Source: Candidatus Thorarchaeota archaeon
Lineage (GTDB): Archaea; Asgardarchaeota; Thorarchaeia; Thorarchaeales; Thorarchaeaceae
Direction: 5' to 3'
DNA: 23,030 nucleotides
NCBI GenBank assembly: GCA_016839445.1
Contig: JAEOUG010000036.1
Location: forward strand, 1 to 23,030
Translations under genes and position numbers: made by a program
The notes under the pieces: model-generated
What the model was told of the DNA's origin: nothing
Seen by the model: the letters and a program-made list of their open reading frames with translations, nothing else
The model's database searches: none
In this document: positions 1 to 8,564 of the stretch, one piece after another
Layout of the letters: the number at the start of each line of letters is the position of its first letter
Numbering within the stretch: position 1 is the stretch's first letter

Positions 1-467
1 TCTCCAAGATAGCGTCTTGCGGTTTCTGCCTTCTGCGGCCCTCCCATAACGTAGCTCACGGTTCCGTCATGTGCTCCATCGGATTCGCCAAGTATGTTGG
101 AGTAGGCGAAGTCAAGATTCAAGCGCCTCTTGAAGGGTTCCATGAAGAACTGACTAACTCCGCTAGAGATGCATCCCACCTCATATCCCCACTTCTTCAG
201 CGTGGCGACGGTTTCTTCTGCACCTTTCATCAGGGGAAGAGCGTGGACCAGATTGTCGTACGATCCATCTACTGCTATCCCCTTCCAGATGATACTGCCT
301 TCACGAATTTGATCTTCAAGCGTCTTCTTCTCCTTGGTGAGACGCTGGTAGACTGCCATGAAGCGGTCTCCAATGCCAAGTTGATGTGCAATGGGGTATG
401 CGGCACTGGGGCCATCGAAGAGAACTCCGTCAAGATCTAGAGTGATGACGCTGATATCGTCGTTCAT
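1..467 (-). CDS. HAD-superfamily hydrolase, phosphoserine phosphatase (SerB/HAD-IB)-like; 3' end runs off the window
   Basis: Absent from the ORF track (no stop in window). Manual translation from ATG 467: MNDDISVITLDLDGVLFDG...PLMKGAEETVATLKKWGYEVGCISSG...LNLDFAYSNIL...GGPQKAE. Contains HAD motif I (DxDGxL), motif II (ISSG) and the motif III Lys. Confidence 0.85.
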   Translation of the reverse strand, partial: MNDDISVITLDLDGVLFDGPSAAYPIAHQLGIGDRFMAVYQRLTKEKKTLEDQIREGSIIWKGIAVDGSYDNLVHALPLMKGAEETVATLKKWGYEVGCISSGVSQFFMEPFKRRLNLDFAYSNILGESDGAHDGTVSYVMGGPQKAETARRYLG

Positions 468-627
468 GGTATATTGGCTGAACTACGAAGACTAATTATC
501 AGTTTTGATGGAAACAAAGACCATGCCCAGAAGTAGAGGCTCAAGGCTGGGAGGTCTGATTCCTTTGAACTTGAAAGCTGGAAGGCGGCGAAGATGGGGT
601 GAAGATCTATCTTTCACCGTAGGTCGG

Positions 628-1677
628 ATGCCCAGAGAGACCTCCCAACGTCTACTGGTTGTCTGTGGCAAGGTTGGCTCCGATAGTACTGCAGCGTATG
701 AGCGCAAGTGCAAGGAGATAGGATGTGATTTCGTTTCGGAGCTAAGAGGATCTTGGGTTTTCTCCAGGGAGGCAATCCGTGAATCCTACGACCCCAAGTA
801 TCACAAAGGCGTTCTGCTAATCGGTGATAACAAGCAGATGCCTGGCACTAGGATTTCGTATCAAGGTTCGTACGCATTCACTGACTGGTTCCTGCAAGAT
901 CTAGACCTTGATGGACTGCCCGACACTCCAATTGGGCGAATCTTTGGTTCTAGGGAAACAGTCCTGTATCATCTTGACCCTTACATAGTCGACAGCAATA
1001 TCGCAGTGGTCTTCGACAGCCAGCCGGGGCGGTCCGATCGTCATGTTGAGGGTCTTGTGAGCTTGGGCTTCGAGGTTGAGGTTCTCAGCCAATACAAGAA
1101 GAGGTACTCAAGGATTCTAGCTTTCAGCGAGTTCATCCTTCAGTTTTCAGATGGTGTGTTTACATCTCGCATCCATGGAACACCTGACCGTTGGGCCACT
1201 CATAGTAAGGTCATCCTAAGCCATGACCAAGTTAAGGAGATTGGCTTTCAAGGGTACCCGGTGGTGTATTCGGAGGCATGCAGCACGGCCCAAGAAGGCC
1301 CGCTTCTCAGCGCCTTTCTGGAGTCAGGCGCGGCCTACATCGGGTCCACACTTGACACACTGAACAACACCCAGCCCTTTGATGATTGGCGCAACTGCCC
1401 CTACGCCGACGGGTGGAAGTTCGGTTTCCTGGACCTTCTGGACTCCTTTGACCACATCGGGGAGGTCAAGATTGCCGTTGATAGAGCACTGGTTGAGAAC
1501 GTGGCAACTGGAGTGACCAACGAACTTGACAACATCCGCCAGGGCAATTCAAACGATCTTACTACAGAACACTCTGCTTCGATATCGGAGTGGGTCCTCT
1601 ACGGCAATCCTCTAAGAAGGACAACAGTCGGTCCAAACGCTAGCTTCACTCCCGGTCATCTGATTGTCGACACCTGA
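628..1677 (+). CDS. Peptidase C25 (gingipain-like, clan CD) domain protein
   Basis: Motifs VLLIGD..MP, TDWFLQDLDLDGLPDTPIGRI, His-Gly (IHG, His at 1174), EACST (Cys at 1279), GAAYIGST and LYGNP match the C25 pattern. ATG 628 (after AGGT) is preferred over the track start at 505. Confidence 0.75.
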   Translation: MPRETSQRLLVVCGKVGSDSTAAYERKCKEIGCDFVSELRGSWVFSREAIRESYDPKYHKGVLLIGDNKQMPGTRISYQGSYAFTDWFLQDLDLDGLPDTPIGRIFGSRETVLYHLDPYIVDSNIAVVFDSQPGRSDRHVEGLVSLGFEVEVLSQYKKRYSRILAFSEFILQFSDGVFTSRIHGTPDRWATHSKVILSHDQVKEIGFQGYPVVYSEACSTAQEGPLLSAFLESGAAYIGSTLDTLNNTQPFDDWRNCPYADGWKFGFLDLLDSFDHIGEVKIAVDRALVENVATGVTNELDNIRQGNSNDLTTEHSASISEWVLYGNPLRRTTVGPNASFTPGHLIVDT

Positions 1678-1678
1678 C

Positions 1679-2008
1679 TCAGCGTCTTGACGCTGCGAAG
1701 CCCCCGATTAGCCCGCCAATCGCACCGATGACGCCCATCAGAATCACTGCAACTATCACGAAGGTTGGTTCGCCTGTGAAGCCCAAGATCGCCTCAGTAG
1801 TCACGAAGAGCGCAGCGAAAGAAGTTGTCCCCGCCACCAGTCCAGAAAGCAGTCCATCTCTCGTGTCCCGAAGGAGATACCCAACGACAAGCCCCGCTGC
1901 GATTGGTGTGAAGATGAATAGGATGATGAACAGTCCTAGGTTCAGCAAAAAACCAGCGAAAGTGATTGAGATGAACTTGTTAGTGTCTGGGGACCGAGCT
2001 TCTTGCAT
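1679..2008 (-). CDS. Small Gly-rich multi-pass membrane protein (DUF5518-like)
   Basis: 109 aa with about 4 hydrophobic segments: PIAAGLVVGYL, GLLSGLVAG, GAIGGLIGG. Confidence 0.7.
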   Translation of the reverse strand: MQEARSPDTNKFISITFAGFLLNLGLFIILFIFTPIAAGLVVGYLLRDTRDGLLSGLVAGTTSFAALFVTTEAILGFTGEPTFVIVAVILMGVIGAIGGLIGGFAASRR

Positions 2009-2162
2009 GGTGAGACCTCACCACAGGCTTCGCTCGCGCTAGTTATAACAATGGCGCTCTGCCCTATCCGTGAATGGCACGTCACTGATAGATTCAAATG
2101 TCACAGCGCAGAGTTGACTCAGGCCACTTCTGGGGAAAGAGAGTGGTTGAGAGGTATAGAGA

Positions 2163-2276
2163 TTGAACGATGAGAAAGAATCCATAGGACAGAAGACCAA
2201 GAAAGCATTCAGCTTCAAGATGCACGGCCCGAAGAACCCCTTCAAGGGGAACCCGTACAAGAAGAAGGACGATTAG
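2163..2276 (+). CDS. Putative small Lys-rich protein (37 aa)
   Basis: TTG 2163 to TAG 2276: MNDEKESIGQKTKKAFSFKMHGPKNPFKGNPYKKKDD. GAGGT at 2151-2155, mostly AAG Lys codons, and it fills an otherwise long intergenic gap. Confidence 0.5.
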   Translation: MNDEKESIGQKTKKAFSFKMHGPKNPFKGNPYKKKDD

Positions 2277-2375
2277 CATTTCTCTCAGCTTGAAGATTTG
2301 GGTCCATTCTTGGCCGAGGTGTCTGCCCTCATATCGGGCAGACACGTCGCGTTTTGCTGTGCTGCTCTCGTGTGA

Positions 2376-3296
2376 GTGGATAGAATGTCCCTGCGAATGA
2401 AGTGCCCTCCCGATTATGATCTTCTCAAGTCGGTTCACTCCTGGAAGTACCCCGAGATTGAGCCCACGCCTGAGATCACTGGCAAGCTCTTCTTGGGCCG
2501 CCAATACTCCATTTCTGGCGAAATCCACCCGGTACTCATAGAGCAGAGGTCCCCTGGTTCCAGCCTGCAAGTCACTCACTCTTCCGGCAGCTCTGGCGTG
2601 AGTTCGTTGAGGGATATACTGTCCCGAGTTCTTGGTTTCTCAGTGGATACCACTCAGGCCCTGTACGAAATATCCCGAGACCCTATCATTAACAGTGTGG
2701 CTTCCGGAGTCAAGGGAATACGTCCCTACCAGTCCCCAACTGCGTTCGAGGCACTTGCCAAGTCCGTCATTCAGCAGCAGGTGTCATACCGTGCCGCCAG
2801 CGCTGTTACGAGGAGGTTGGTGCTCGAACTGGGCAGTGTTTCCGAATTGAGCGACTTGCCTCTGTACTCGTTTCCTTCTGCAACTCAGATTCTGAGGGCC
2901 GGTGAGTCGCGACTTCGGTCAATTGGACTAGGCTACCGTGCGCCATATCTTCTCAACGTCTGTAATCTGGAGATTGAGGGCGAACTTGAAACAGAGAGTC
3001 TTAGAAGGATGCCGTACTCAGAGCTTCTAGAGCTTCTGAAACCAGTACGGGGAATTGGAGAATGGACCATTCAGGCGCTCTCAATAGCGGGTCTTGGCAA
3101 CTTCGGAGTATTCCCGTATGGCGATCTTGCCATGCGGAATCTGCTTGGCCGTCTATATCTCTCAGGACGCAGGATGACTGCGCAGGAGGTCCGGGCCAAG
3201 GCTGATGAGTGGAGAGATGGTCCACTTGTGCTCTATCTGCTCATGTGCGCAGAAGTGCTAGGGTTCTTTCGAGTTGGACCGCCTGAAAATGATTAA
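2376..3296 (+). CDS. alkA: DNA-3-methyladenine glycosylase II family (AlkA-like, HhH-GPD)
   Basis: FEALAKSVIQQQVS, YSFPSA, GLGYRA, HhH motif VRGIGEWT and catalytic FPYGD. Trp rather than Lys after the HhH favours AlkA over Ogg1. Start may be ATG 2385. Confidence 0.85.
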   Translation: MDRMSLRMKCPPDYDLLKSVHSWKYPEIEPTPEITGKLFLGRQYSISGEIHPVLIEQRSPGSSLQVTHSSGSSGVSSLRDILSRVLGFSVDTTQALYEISRDPIINSVASGVKGIRPYQSPTAFEALAKSVIQQQVSYRAASAVTRRLVLELGSVSELSDLPLYSFPSATQILRAGESRLRSIGLGYRAPYLLNVCNLEIEGELETESLRRMPYSELLELLKPVRGIGEWTIQALSIAGLGNFGVFPYGDLAMRNLLGRLYLSGRRMTAQEVRAKADEWRDGPLVLYLLMCAEVLGFFRVGPPEND

Positions 3297-3341
3297 AAGG
3301 TCCTCGAGCAATGGCAACCAATAGGCCACGGGTGAACACAG

Positions 3342-4496
3342 TTGTCATCTGAACGGAGAAAAAACAGCAAGCTCTGGCGGATTCGCTCAATGTTCCTGAA
3401 AGAGCTAAGGCTAATCTCCAATGACAAGTTTGCGCTCCTCCTTGTTTTCGCCCTTCCTGCCATGATTATGGGTACGATGTGGTTGGCCTCCAATCAGGGA
3501 AGTCTGGGACAGGCCATGAGCGGAGGCGGAACACCTGCAGACGCCATGGTTCTCGGAGTCGTTGATCTCGATCCAACCGACACCTACCTGGACGAGGACC
3601 TCTCGGAGAACTTCACCTGGTATCTTGACCAGAGCCCCCACTTCTTCGTTATCGAGTACGAGACAGAAGAGGACGCCCTCCATGCGCTCTACTTCGACCA
3701 AGTGAACGCTTATGCTGTGATACCTTACGGCTTCGAGGGCAATATTACCGGGGACATCCCGGCGTTCGTACCTATTCACATCTCAAGCACTGAGTTCGAG
3801 AGTCAGTCAACCGTCTTCAGCGCCTTCAGCGCAGTTGTGCAGCAGTTCAGGTATGATCACGGATGGGTGCGTGGTGAGATTGCGAGCGAGATTGTCAGGG
3901 AGTTCGAACCTCAAGGTGACTACTTCGCAGCCACCTTCGGAGTCTTCCTGATTGTGTTTGCTGTGTTCATTGCTGTAGCCGCGACTGCGGCTCAGGCCAT
4001 CGTTGGCGACGTGCCGCTGAACCGCATGCTACTCACTCCTGCCACTAAGTTGGAGGCCATCTTGGCTAAGGTTCTGGCATACTTCGTCGTTGGCCTCGTA
4101 CAGGCCCAGTTTCTCCTAATCATGTGGATGGGCCTCTTCGGAATCGTTCCCAACACGGACTATCTCACAATGAATGCCGTCTTGGCATTGATGTCGTTGT
4201 CAGGTTCTTCGCTCGGCGTACTGATATCGACCCTGGTCACGACGAGACTCCAGGCGAATCAATCATTCCTCTTCTTGCTGTTTGGTTCCACAATAGTCGG
4301 CACAGGATTCATGGATGTAGGCATTGTGGATGATGTGTATCCATTGAACCTCGGAAGAGTCATGATGGTTGATACGGTCTTCAAGGGGATTGCGCTGACC
4401 GAGTTCATGGAGCAGATCTACTTGATTCTCGAGATGTCCTTCTTCCTGATTCTGCTAGCTTGGTTCATCTTCTCGCGCCGAAAGAGCCTCGCCTAG
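3342..4496 (+). CDS. ABC-2 type transporter permease with extracytoplasmic domain
   Basis: KELRLISNDK..LLLVFALP, GVVDLD, AYAVIPYGF, LNRMLLTPATKLEAILAK and several C-terminal TM helices. Confidence 0.88.
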   Translation: MSSERRKNSKLWRIRSMFLKELRLISNDKFALLLVFALPAMIMGTMWLASNQGSLGQAMSGGGTPADAMVLGVVDLDPTDTYLDEDLSENFTWYLDQSPHFFVIEYETEEDALHALYFDQVNAYAVIPYGFEGNITGDIPAFVPIHISSTEFESQSTVFSAFSAVVQQFRYDHGWVRGEIASEIVREFEPQGDYFAATFGVFLIVFAVFIAVAATAAQAIVGDVPLNRMLLTPATKLEAILAKVLAYFVVGLVQAQFLLIMWMGLFGIVPNTDYLTMNAVLALMSLSGSSLGVLISTLVTTRLQANQSFLFLLFGSTIVGTGFMDVGIVDDVYPLNLGRVMMVDTVFKGIALTEFMEQIYLILEMSFFLILLAWFIFSRRKSLA

Positions 4497-4497
4497 T

Positions 4498-5307
4498 TCA
4501 GAAGGGAACGCTAAGCAGTACGACCACAATCGCGTTGTTGAGTCCATGCGCCACAGATGGTCCAAGAAGTGAGTAGTTGGTCTTCTGTGCCAGGTACCCA
4601 AGAAGCATTCCAAGCATGAACCGCGTGGCCAACCCTATCAGGTCCAGATGGATGACAGCAAAGATGAAGCTCGTGATAATGAGCGCCTTCCATCCCGCAT
4701 TGGTTCCATCCCCTCTGCCCTTGAAGTACATCTCCATTCTTCTCTGAAGGAATCCTCTGAATAGCATCTCCTCTGTGAAGCCCACGAAGACAAACATGAC
4801 TATCAACCAGCCGAAAAGCTCGTAGATGTCGTGCGCCATCAGAAGAGAGTCACCCTCAGTTGGGATGCTGAACACTTCAGTGATGATCCAAGAGAAGACA
4901 TAGTTACCTGCAAACATCAGGAAACCAACGCCAATGCCCAAGACGCAGTTGAGTGGCGAGAGCATGTCCCGAACGCCTATTGTCCTGCTACTGAGACCGT
5001 GTTTCCTGACGTAGTAGTAGGGCCCCACGACAAACGTTAATGATGCTGAGGTCAAGATTACCATAGACCAAGGCTTGAACATCTCTTCGGCAGTGTAGGC
5101 GTAGATATCCACAAGACCGACGCCGATCAGCCCGAACAGCAGAATGGTAGTTACAACCACTGACAGCAGGTAAGTAGCCAGGGTGATGATGAAGACGTTA
5201 GACAGGCGGCTCCAAGTGACTTCTCTCTCGATGTATGTTCCTGGCTCAAAAACGCCGATCTGAGATACTTCCTCCATGGCGTGCAGGTCTGGGTCGTCCA
5301 TCACCAA
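4498..5307 (-). CDS. CPBP (CAAX protease Rce1/Abi) family intramembrane protease
   Basis: Multi-TM protein with EEMLFRG, FAVIH and AHGLNN motifs. Start may be ATG 5301. Confidence 0.92.
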   Translation of the reverse strand: MVMDDPDLHAMEEVSQIGVFEPGTYIEREVTWSRLSNVFIITLATYLLSVVVTTILLFGLIGVGLVDIYAYTAEEMFKPWSMVILTSASLTFVVGPYYYVRKHGLSSRTIGVRDMLSPLNCVLGIGVGFLMFAGNYVFSWIITEVFSIPTEGDSLLMAHDIYELFGWLIVMFVFVGFTEEMLFRGFLQRRMEMYFKGRGDGTNAGWKALIITSFIFAVIHLDLIGLATRFMLGMLLGYLAQKTNYSLLGPSVAHGLNNAIVVVLLSVPF

Positions 5308-5448
5308 ATCAGAGAACCTCGGGGTGGAATCTTCCGGACTAGAATTAAGGCTTTGGATTCTCTCATCCAGCGGTTGCGTTCTCCACGTAGGCTTTATGAG
5401 TTGATGTGATTTGGTTCAATGCACCGTTAGGTAGCAGTTGTCCGGGCC

Positions 5449-7452
5449 GTGAATGAGATGAGTGGTGAACCCAGACGTAGTCGTGGCACTGCAGTCCTAG
5501 TGGTTACTATCATCCTAGTGTCAGGTTTCGTCATAGCCCAGAGCATCCCAAAGGTCTACACTCCCAGAGACCTGCGAGTGCGAGTTGCAGTGGTAGACTC
5601 AGGAGTCAACGTAGACGGAGAGCTCGGTGTGCGAGTTGTCGCTGAGCGCAGCTTCATCAACTCATCATTCGGGTATGCCTCCACAGACAACTCAACTTCC
5701 GACAGCGAGCCAAACGGCACCCCCCACGGTACATACATCTCAAGAATAATCACCAGAAACTCACCTAACGCCCGGATTGTCAATGCAAAGGTCGTGGGCG
5801 ATGGGAACGTCGCAACTATACGAGGCATTGTCGAAGCTATTCACTGGGCCGTTGATGAAGAGAACTGCTCTGTAATCAACTTGAGTCTGGGCATGGGGCC
5901 TGTGTACTTCGGAGATGTCGTGGAAGAGACCGTGAGGTGGGCTTTCGAGCGTGGCACGATAGTCGTGGCCGCTGCAGGTAACTCTGGGCAAGACGGTGCA
6001 GGAACCAGCTCGGTTGAGTCCCCCGCGATGTACCCTGAGGCGATAGCTGTAGCTGCAATTGATGATCTCTACGCCCCGTATCCCTTTAGCTCACTTGGCC
6101 CAATGATTGACAGGACTGTGAAGCCTGATCTTGCCGCCAGCGGGAAGTTCACTGACAATGGAAGAACAGTCTATGGAACGAGCTTTGCTGCTCCACTGGT
6201 GGCAGCAGGTGCCGCGACAGTCATAGCCCACTGTATTGAGAAGGGCTGGAGCTGGACCCCGGGAATGGTGAAGGCGGCACTCATGGCAGGTGCTCTTCGA
6301 CTCCCGCTTGAGGAGTGGGAGATTGGTGTCGGCATGCTTGATGTTGCAGGTGCCATAGGAATTGTAGATAGCGCGAAGAGAGAGGATGGCCTCCCGCTAG
6401 TCGCTGCACTCACGCCAATGGAAGGTCCCTTCTCTTTTGAACGATGGTTCATCAATCATACTGCCAGAGTGGTCGTTTCAGTCTTCACAAGCAGTGCCAC
6501 CACTTTCTCACTATCATATCAAGGATCAGCGGCTCAGTGGATCCGCGGACCCCAGGAGTTCAGCTTGAATCAGACAGGTGAGTTTGTGCTGGAGATTGAA
6601 GTCGTATCATCAGAGAATCAACCCAATCTAGATGCCTCAATCACTCTGGGTGCATTCAACTACTCCAGCATAAAGACAGAGCTGGACTTCAGCGCTATTG
6701 TCCCTGTACGCGAGGTGGCCTTCGACTTCACTCACACCCCGTGGTTCATTGATTCAATCTACGGTCAGTTTAGGCTTCTCTACCGCACATTGACTAAAGC
6801 TGGTATAGCGGTTGACGAGCTTCGCAATCCCTCTGACATCACACTTTCCACGTTGTCTGAGTTCGATGCCGTCTATGTGCTAGATCCTTGCGCAAGGGCG
6901 CATATAGTTGACAACTACACCGTTGAATCAGTCAATGTGTTCCAATACACCTCCGAAGAGCTAGAGGCCTACTACGACTACTGGAGCAACGGAGGGTCGC
7001 TCTTGCTCGTTGGCATGAGCAATAGCAGCATCGACCAAGAGAGCGCTAATCCCCTCTTCTCCATGTTCAACGTGACATTGAACAATGATCGAGTCCCCGC
7101 CCTGACGATAGTAATCAACGGTATCCCCTCTACTGAGGAGGTGTATCAGCTCGCTGACCATCCGGTCACGCGCTGGATAGACACAATCGACTACAATGGA
7201 TGTTCTCTGAACGTGACCGGCAACACGATCGAGCTTGCTTGGGCGCATGTCTTCTGGAGGGATGAGAACGGAACCATACATGGAGAGAATCGGGCCTTAA
7301 TCGCTGGGCTCGAGAAGCCAAATGGTGCCCGTCTTGTGGCCACTGGCAGCAATTTCTGGCTCGATAACTGGGCCTTGGATGATAGATACCAGTCAAACGA
7401 GAACATCAAAATCGTTCTGCAGACCACTTTCTGGCTTCTTCATCTTCTATAG
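5449..7452 (+). CDS. S8 subtilisin-like serine protease with N-terminal signal/anchor and C-terminal GIFT/DUF4350-like domain (Site-1-protease-like architecture)
   Basis: Triad VAVVDSG / HGT / GTSFAAP and oxyanion AAAGN. N-terminal basic plus hydrophobic segment. C-terminal alpha/beta domain (VAFDFTH...FDAVYVLDP...EELEAYYDYWSNGGSLLLVG). Confidence 0.9.
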   Translation: MNEMSGEPRRSRGTAVLVVTIILVSGFVIAQSIPKVYTPRDLRVRVAVVDSGVNVDGELGVRVVAERSFINSSFGYASTDNSTSDSEPNGTPHGTYISRIITRNSPNARIVNAKVVGDGNVATIRGIVEAIHWAVDEENCSVINLSLGMGPVYFGDVVEETVRWAFERGTIVVAAAGNSGQDGAGTSSVESPAMYPEAIAVAAIDDLYAPYPFSSLGPMIDRTVKPDLAASGKFTDNGRTVYGTSFAAPLVAAGAATVIAHCIEKGWSWTPGMVKAALMAGALRLPLEEWEIGVGMLDVAGAIGIVDSAKREDGLPLVAALTPMEGPFSFERWFINHTARVVVSVFTSSATTFSLSYQGSAAQWIRGPQEFSLNQTGEFVLEIEVVSSENQPNLDASITLGAFNYSSIKTELDFSAIVPVREVAFDFTHTPWFIDSIYGQFRLLYRTLTKAGIAVDELRNPSDITLSTLSEFDAVYVLDPCARAHIVDNYTVESVNVFQYTSEELEAYYDYWSNGGSLLLVGMSNSSIDQESANPLFSMFNVTLNNDRVPALTIVINGIPSTEEVYQLADHPVTRWIDTIDYNGCSLNVTGNTIELAWAHVFWRDENGTIHGENRALIAGLEKPNGARLVATGSNFWLDNWALDDRYQSNENIKIVLQTTFWLLHLL

Positions 7453-7830
7453 AAGTGGTGAGATCTTCTCAGAGGCCGTCTGGGCCGCGTACACTAGCAG
7501 TCCAGTCTTCATGGTCTTGCTGGCGGCCAGAACTAGAATCGCCTTCTCTCCAGCGCTCTTCATTATGATGAGCCCCTTCTCGTTCGTCAGAAGAATCTCC
7601 TCGAGGACGCCCTGGTCCATTCTCTCAGCTGCTAGATCAGCTACACCAAGAATCGATGCCGCCATGGCGGCAATCTCCGCCTCCTCTAATCCATGCGGTA
7701 CTGCCGAGGCTATCGGGAGTCCTTCCTTAGAGAGCAGCATCCAGGCTCGGATTCCAGCTGCAAGAGCTGATGCCTCTTCCATAATCTGCCTGAGCTTCCC
7801 CTGCAGTTCTTCGAAACCCGGGTCAAACAT
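7447..7830 (-). CDS. Roadblock/LC7 (MglB-like) domain protein
   Basis: GIRAWMLLSKEGLPIAS...IAAMAASILG...AGEKAILVLA...GLLV. Start placed at ATG 7830 because a BRE-TATA lies within the track's 5' extension. Confidence 0.92.
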   Translation of the reverse strand: MFDPGFEELQGKLRQIMEEASALAAGIRAWMLLSKEGLPIASAVPHGLEEAEIAAMAASILGVADLAAERMDQGVLEEILLTNEKGLIIMKSAGEKAILVLAASKTMKTGLLVYAAQTASEKISPLL

Positions 7831-7881
7831 AGGGACCACTCTTGCTCTCTCTCGCCGACGCAGTGAACTCTTGTAATGCTG

Positions 7882-7896
7882 ATTAATAAAGTTTCC
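7882..7896 (-). promoter_or_regulatory. Archaeal BRE-TATA promoter for the roadblock gene
   Basis: Minus strand reads GGAAACTTTATTAAT, about 50 nt upstream of ATG 7830. Confidence 0.6.
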
Positions 7897-7949
7897 ATGG
7901 CTATTTGAGCCTGTGCAATTCTTGAACATCACAACAGGTTGGAGGCGCC

Positions 7950-8564
7950 ATGGAAGACCAACATAGAATCCCTCCGATTACCGACGGTGACCTGACAATA
8001 GGCTGGAAGCCCGGTTCAAGAGTGTTGGGAGTGTCCGAGAGCTTCAGCAAGGAAGACAAGAGAAGCATTGTCGTGGGCGTGGTCATGCGAGGGGACCTGC
8101 GCATCGATGGATTTGGCGTCTGTCGGCCGAGAGTTGGCGGAATGGATGCAACAGAGCAGCTTCTCTCCATGTTTGAGAGAATGGAACGTAGTGACATCAG
8201 GGCGTGGCTTCTTGGGGGTGGCATCATATCTTGGTTCAATGTGATAGATCTCGAGTTGCTGGTGGAGGGAACAGGGATTCCCGCTGTATGTGTTTCCTAC
8301 GACGAGTCGGAGGGTCTCGAGAAGTATGTGAAGGAGTACTTTCCGGATGATTGGGAGGTCAGAGTCGAGATGATTGAACGTTCACATCAGAGGGAGACAA
8401 TCACCCTTGACACTGGTCACTCGCTCTTTGTGACGGTAAAAGGGATTGGCTTGAAGCGAGCAAAGCGACTTCTTGATCTGTTCACTTTTGATGGAAGGGT
8501 GCCCGAGCCGGTGCGTGTGGCTAGACAGATGGCATCAGCGCTGAAGAGAGACCTGAGTTCTTAG
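7950..8564 (+). CDS. DUF99 family protein (endonuclease V-like fold)
   Basis: RVLGVSESF, GVVMRGDLRIDG, VGGMDAT, SWFNVID, GRVPEPVRVAR. GGAGG precedes ATG 7950. Confidence 0.85.
   Translation: MEDQHRIPPITDGDLTIGWKPGSRVLGVSESFSKEDKRSIVVGVVMRGDLRIDGFGVCRPRVGGMDATEQLLSMFERMERSDIRAWLLGGGIISWFNVIDLELLVEGTGIPAVCVSYDESEGLEKYVKEYFPDDWEVRVEMIERSHQRETITLDTGHSLFVTVKGIGLKRAKRLLDLFTFDGRVPEPVRVARQMASALKRDLSS

Noticed and set aside
69-440. 123-aa plus-strand ORF from the track
   Set aside because: Antisense shadow of the HAD phosphatase, which has clear motifs on the minus strand.
2094-2579. 161-aa minus-strand ORF, and similar overlapping track ORFs such as 7322-7876, 14827-15279, 19055-19633 and 20438-20848
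   Set aside because: They overlap well-supported genes in another frame or strand and carry no recognisable motifs.
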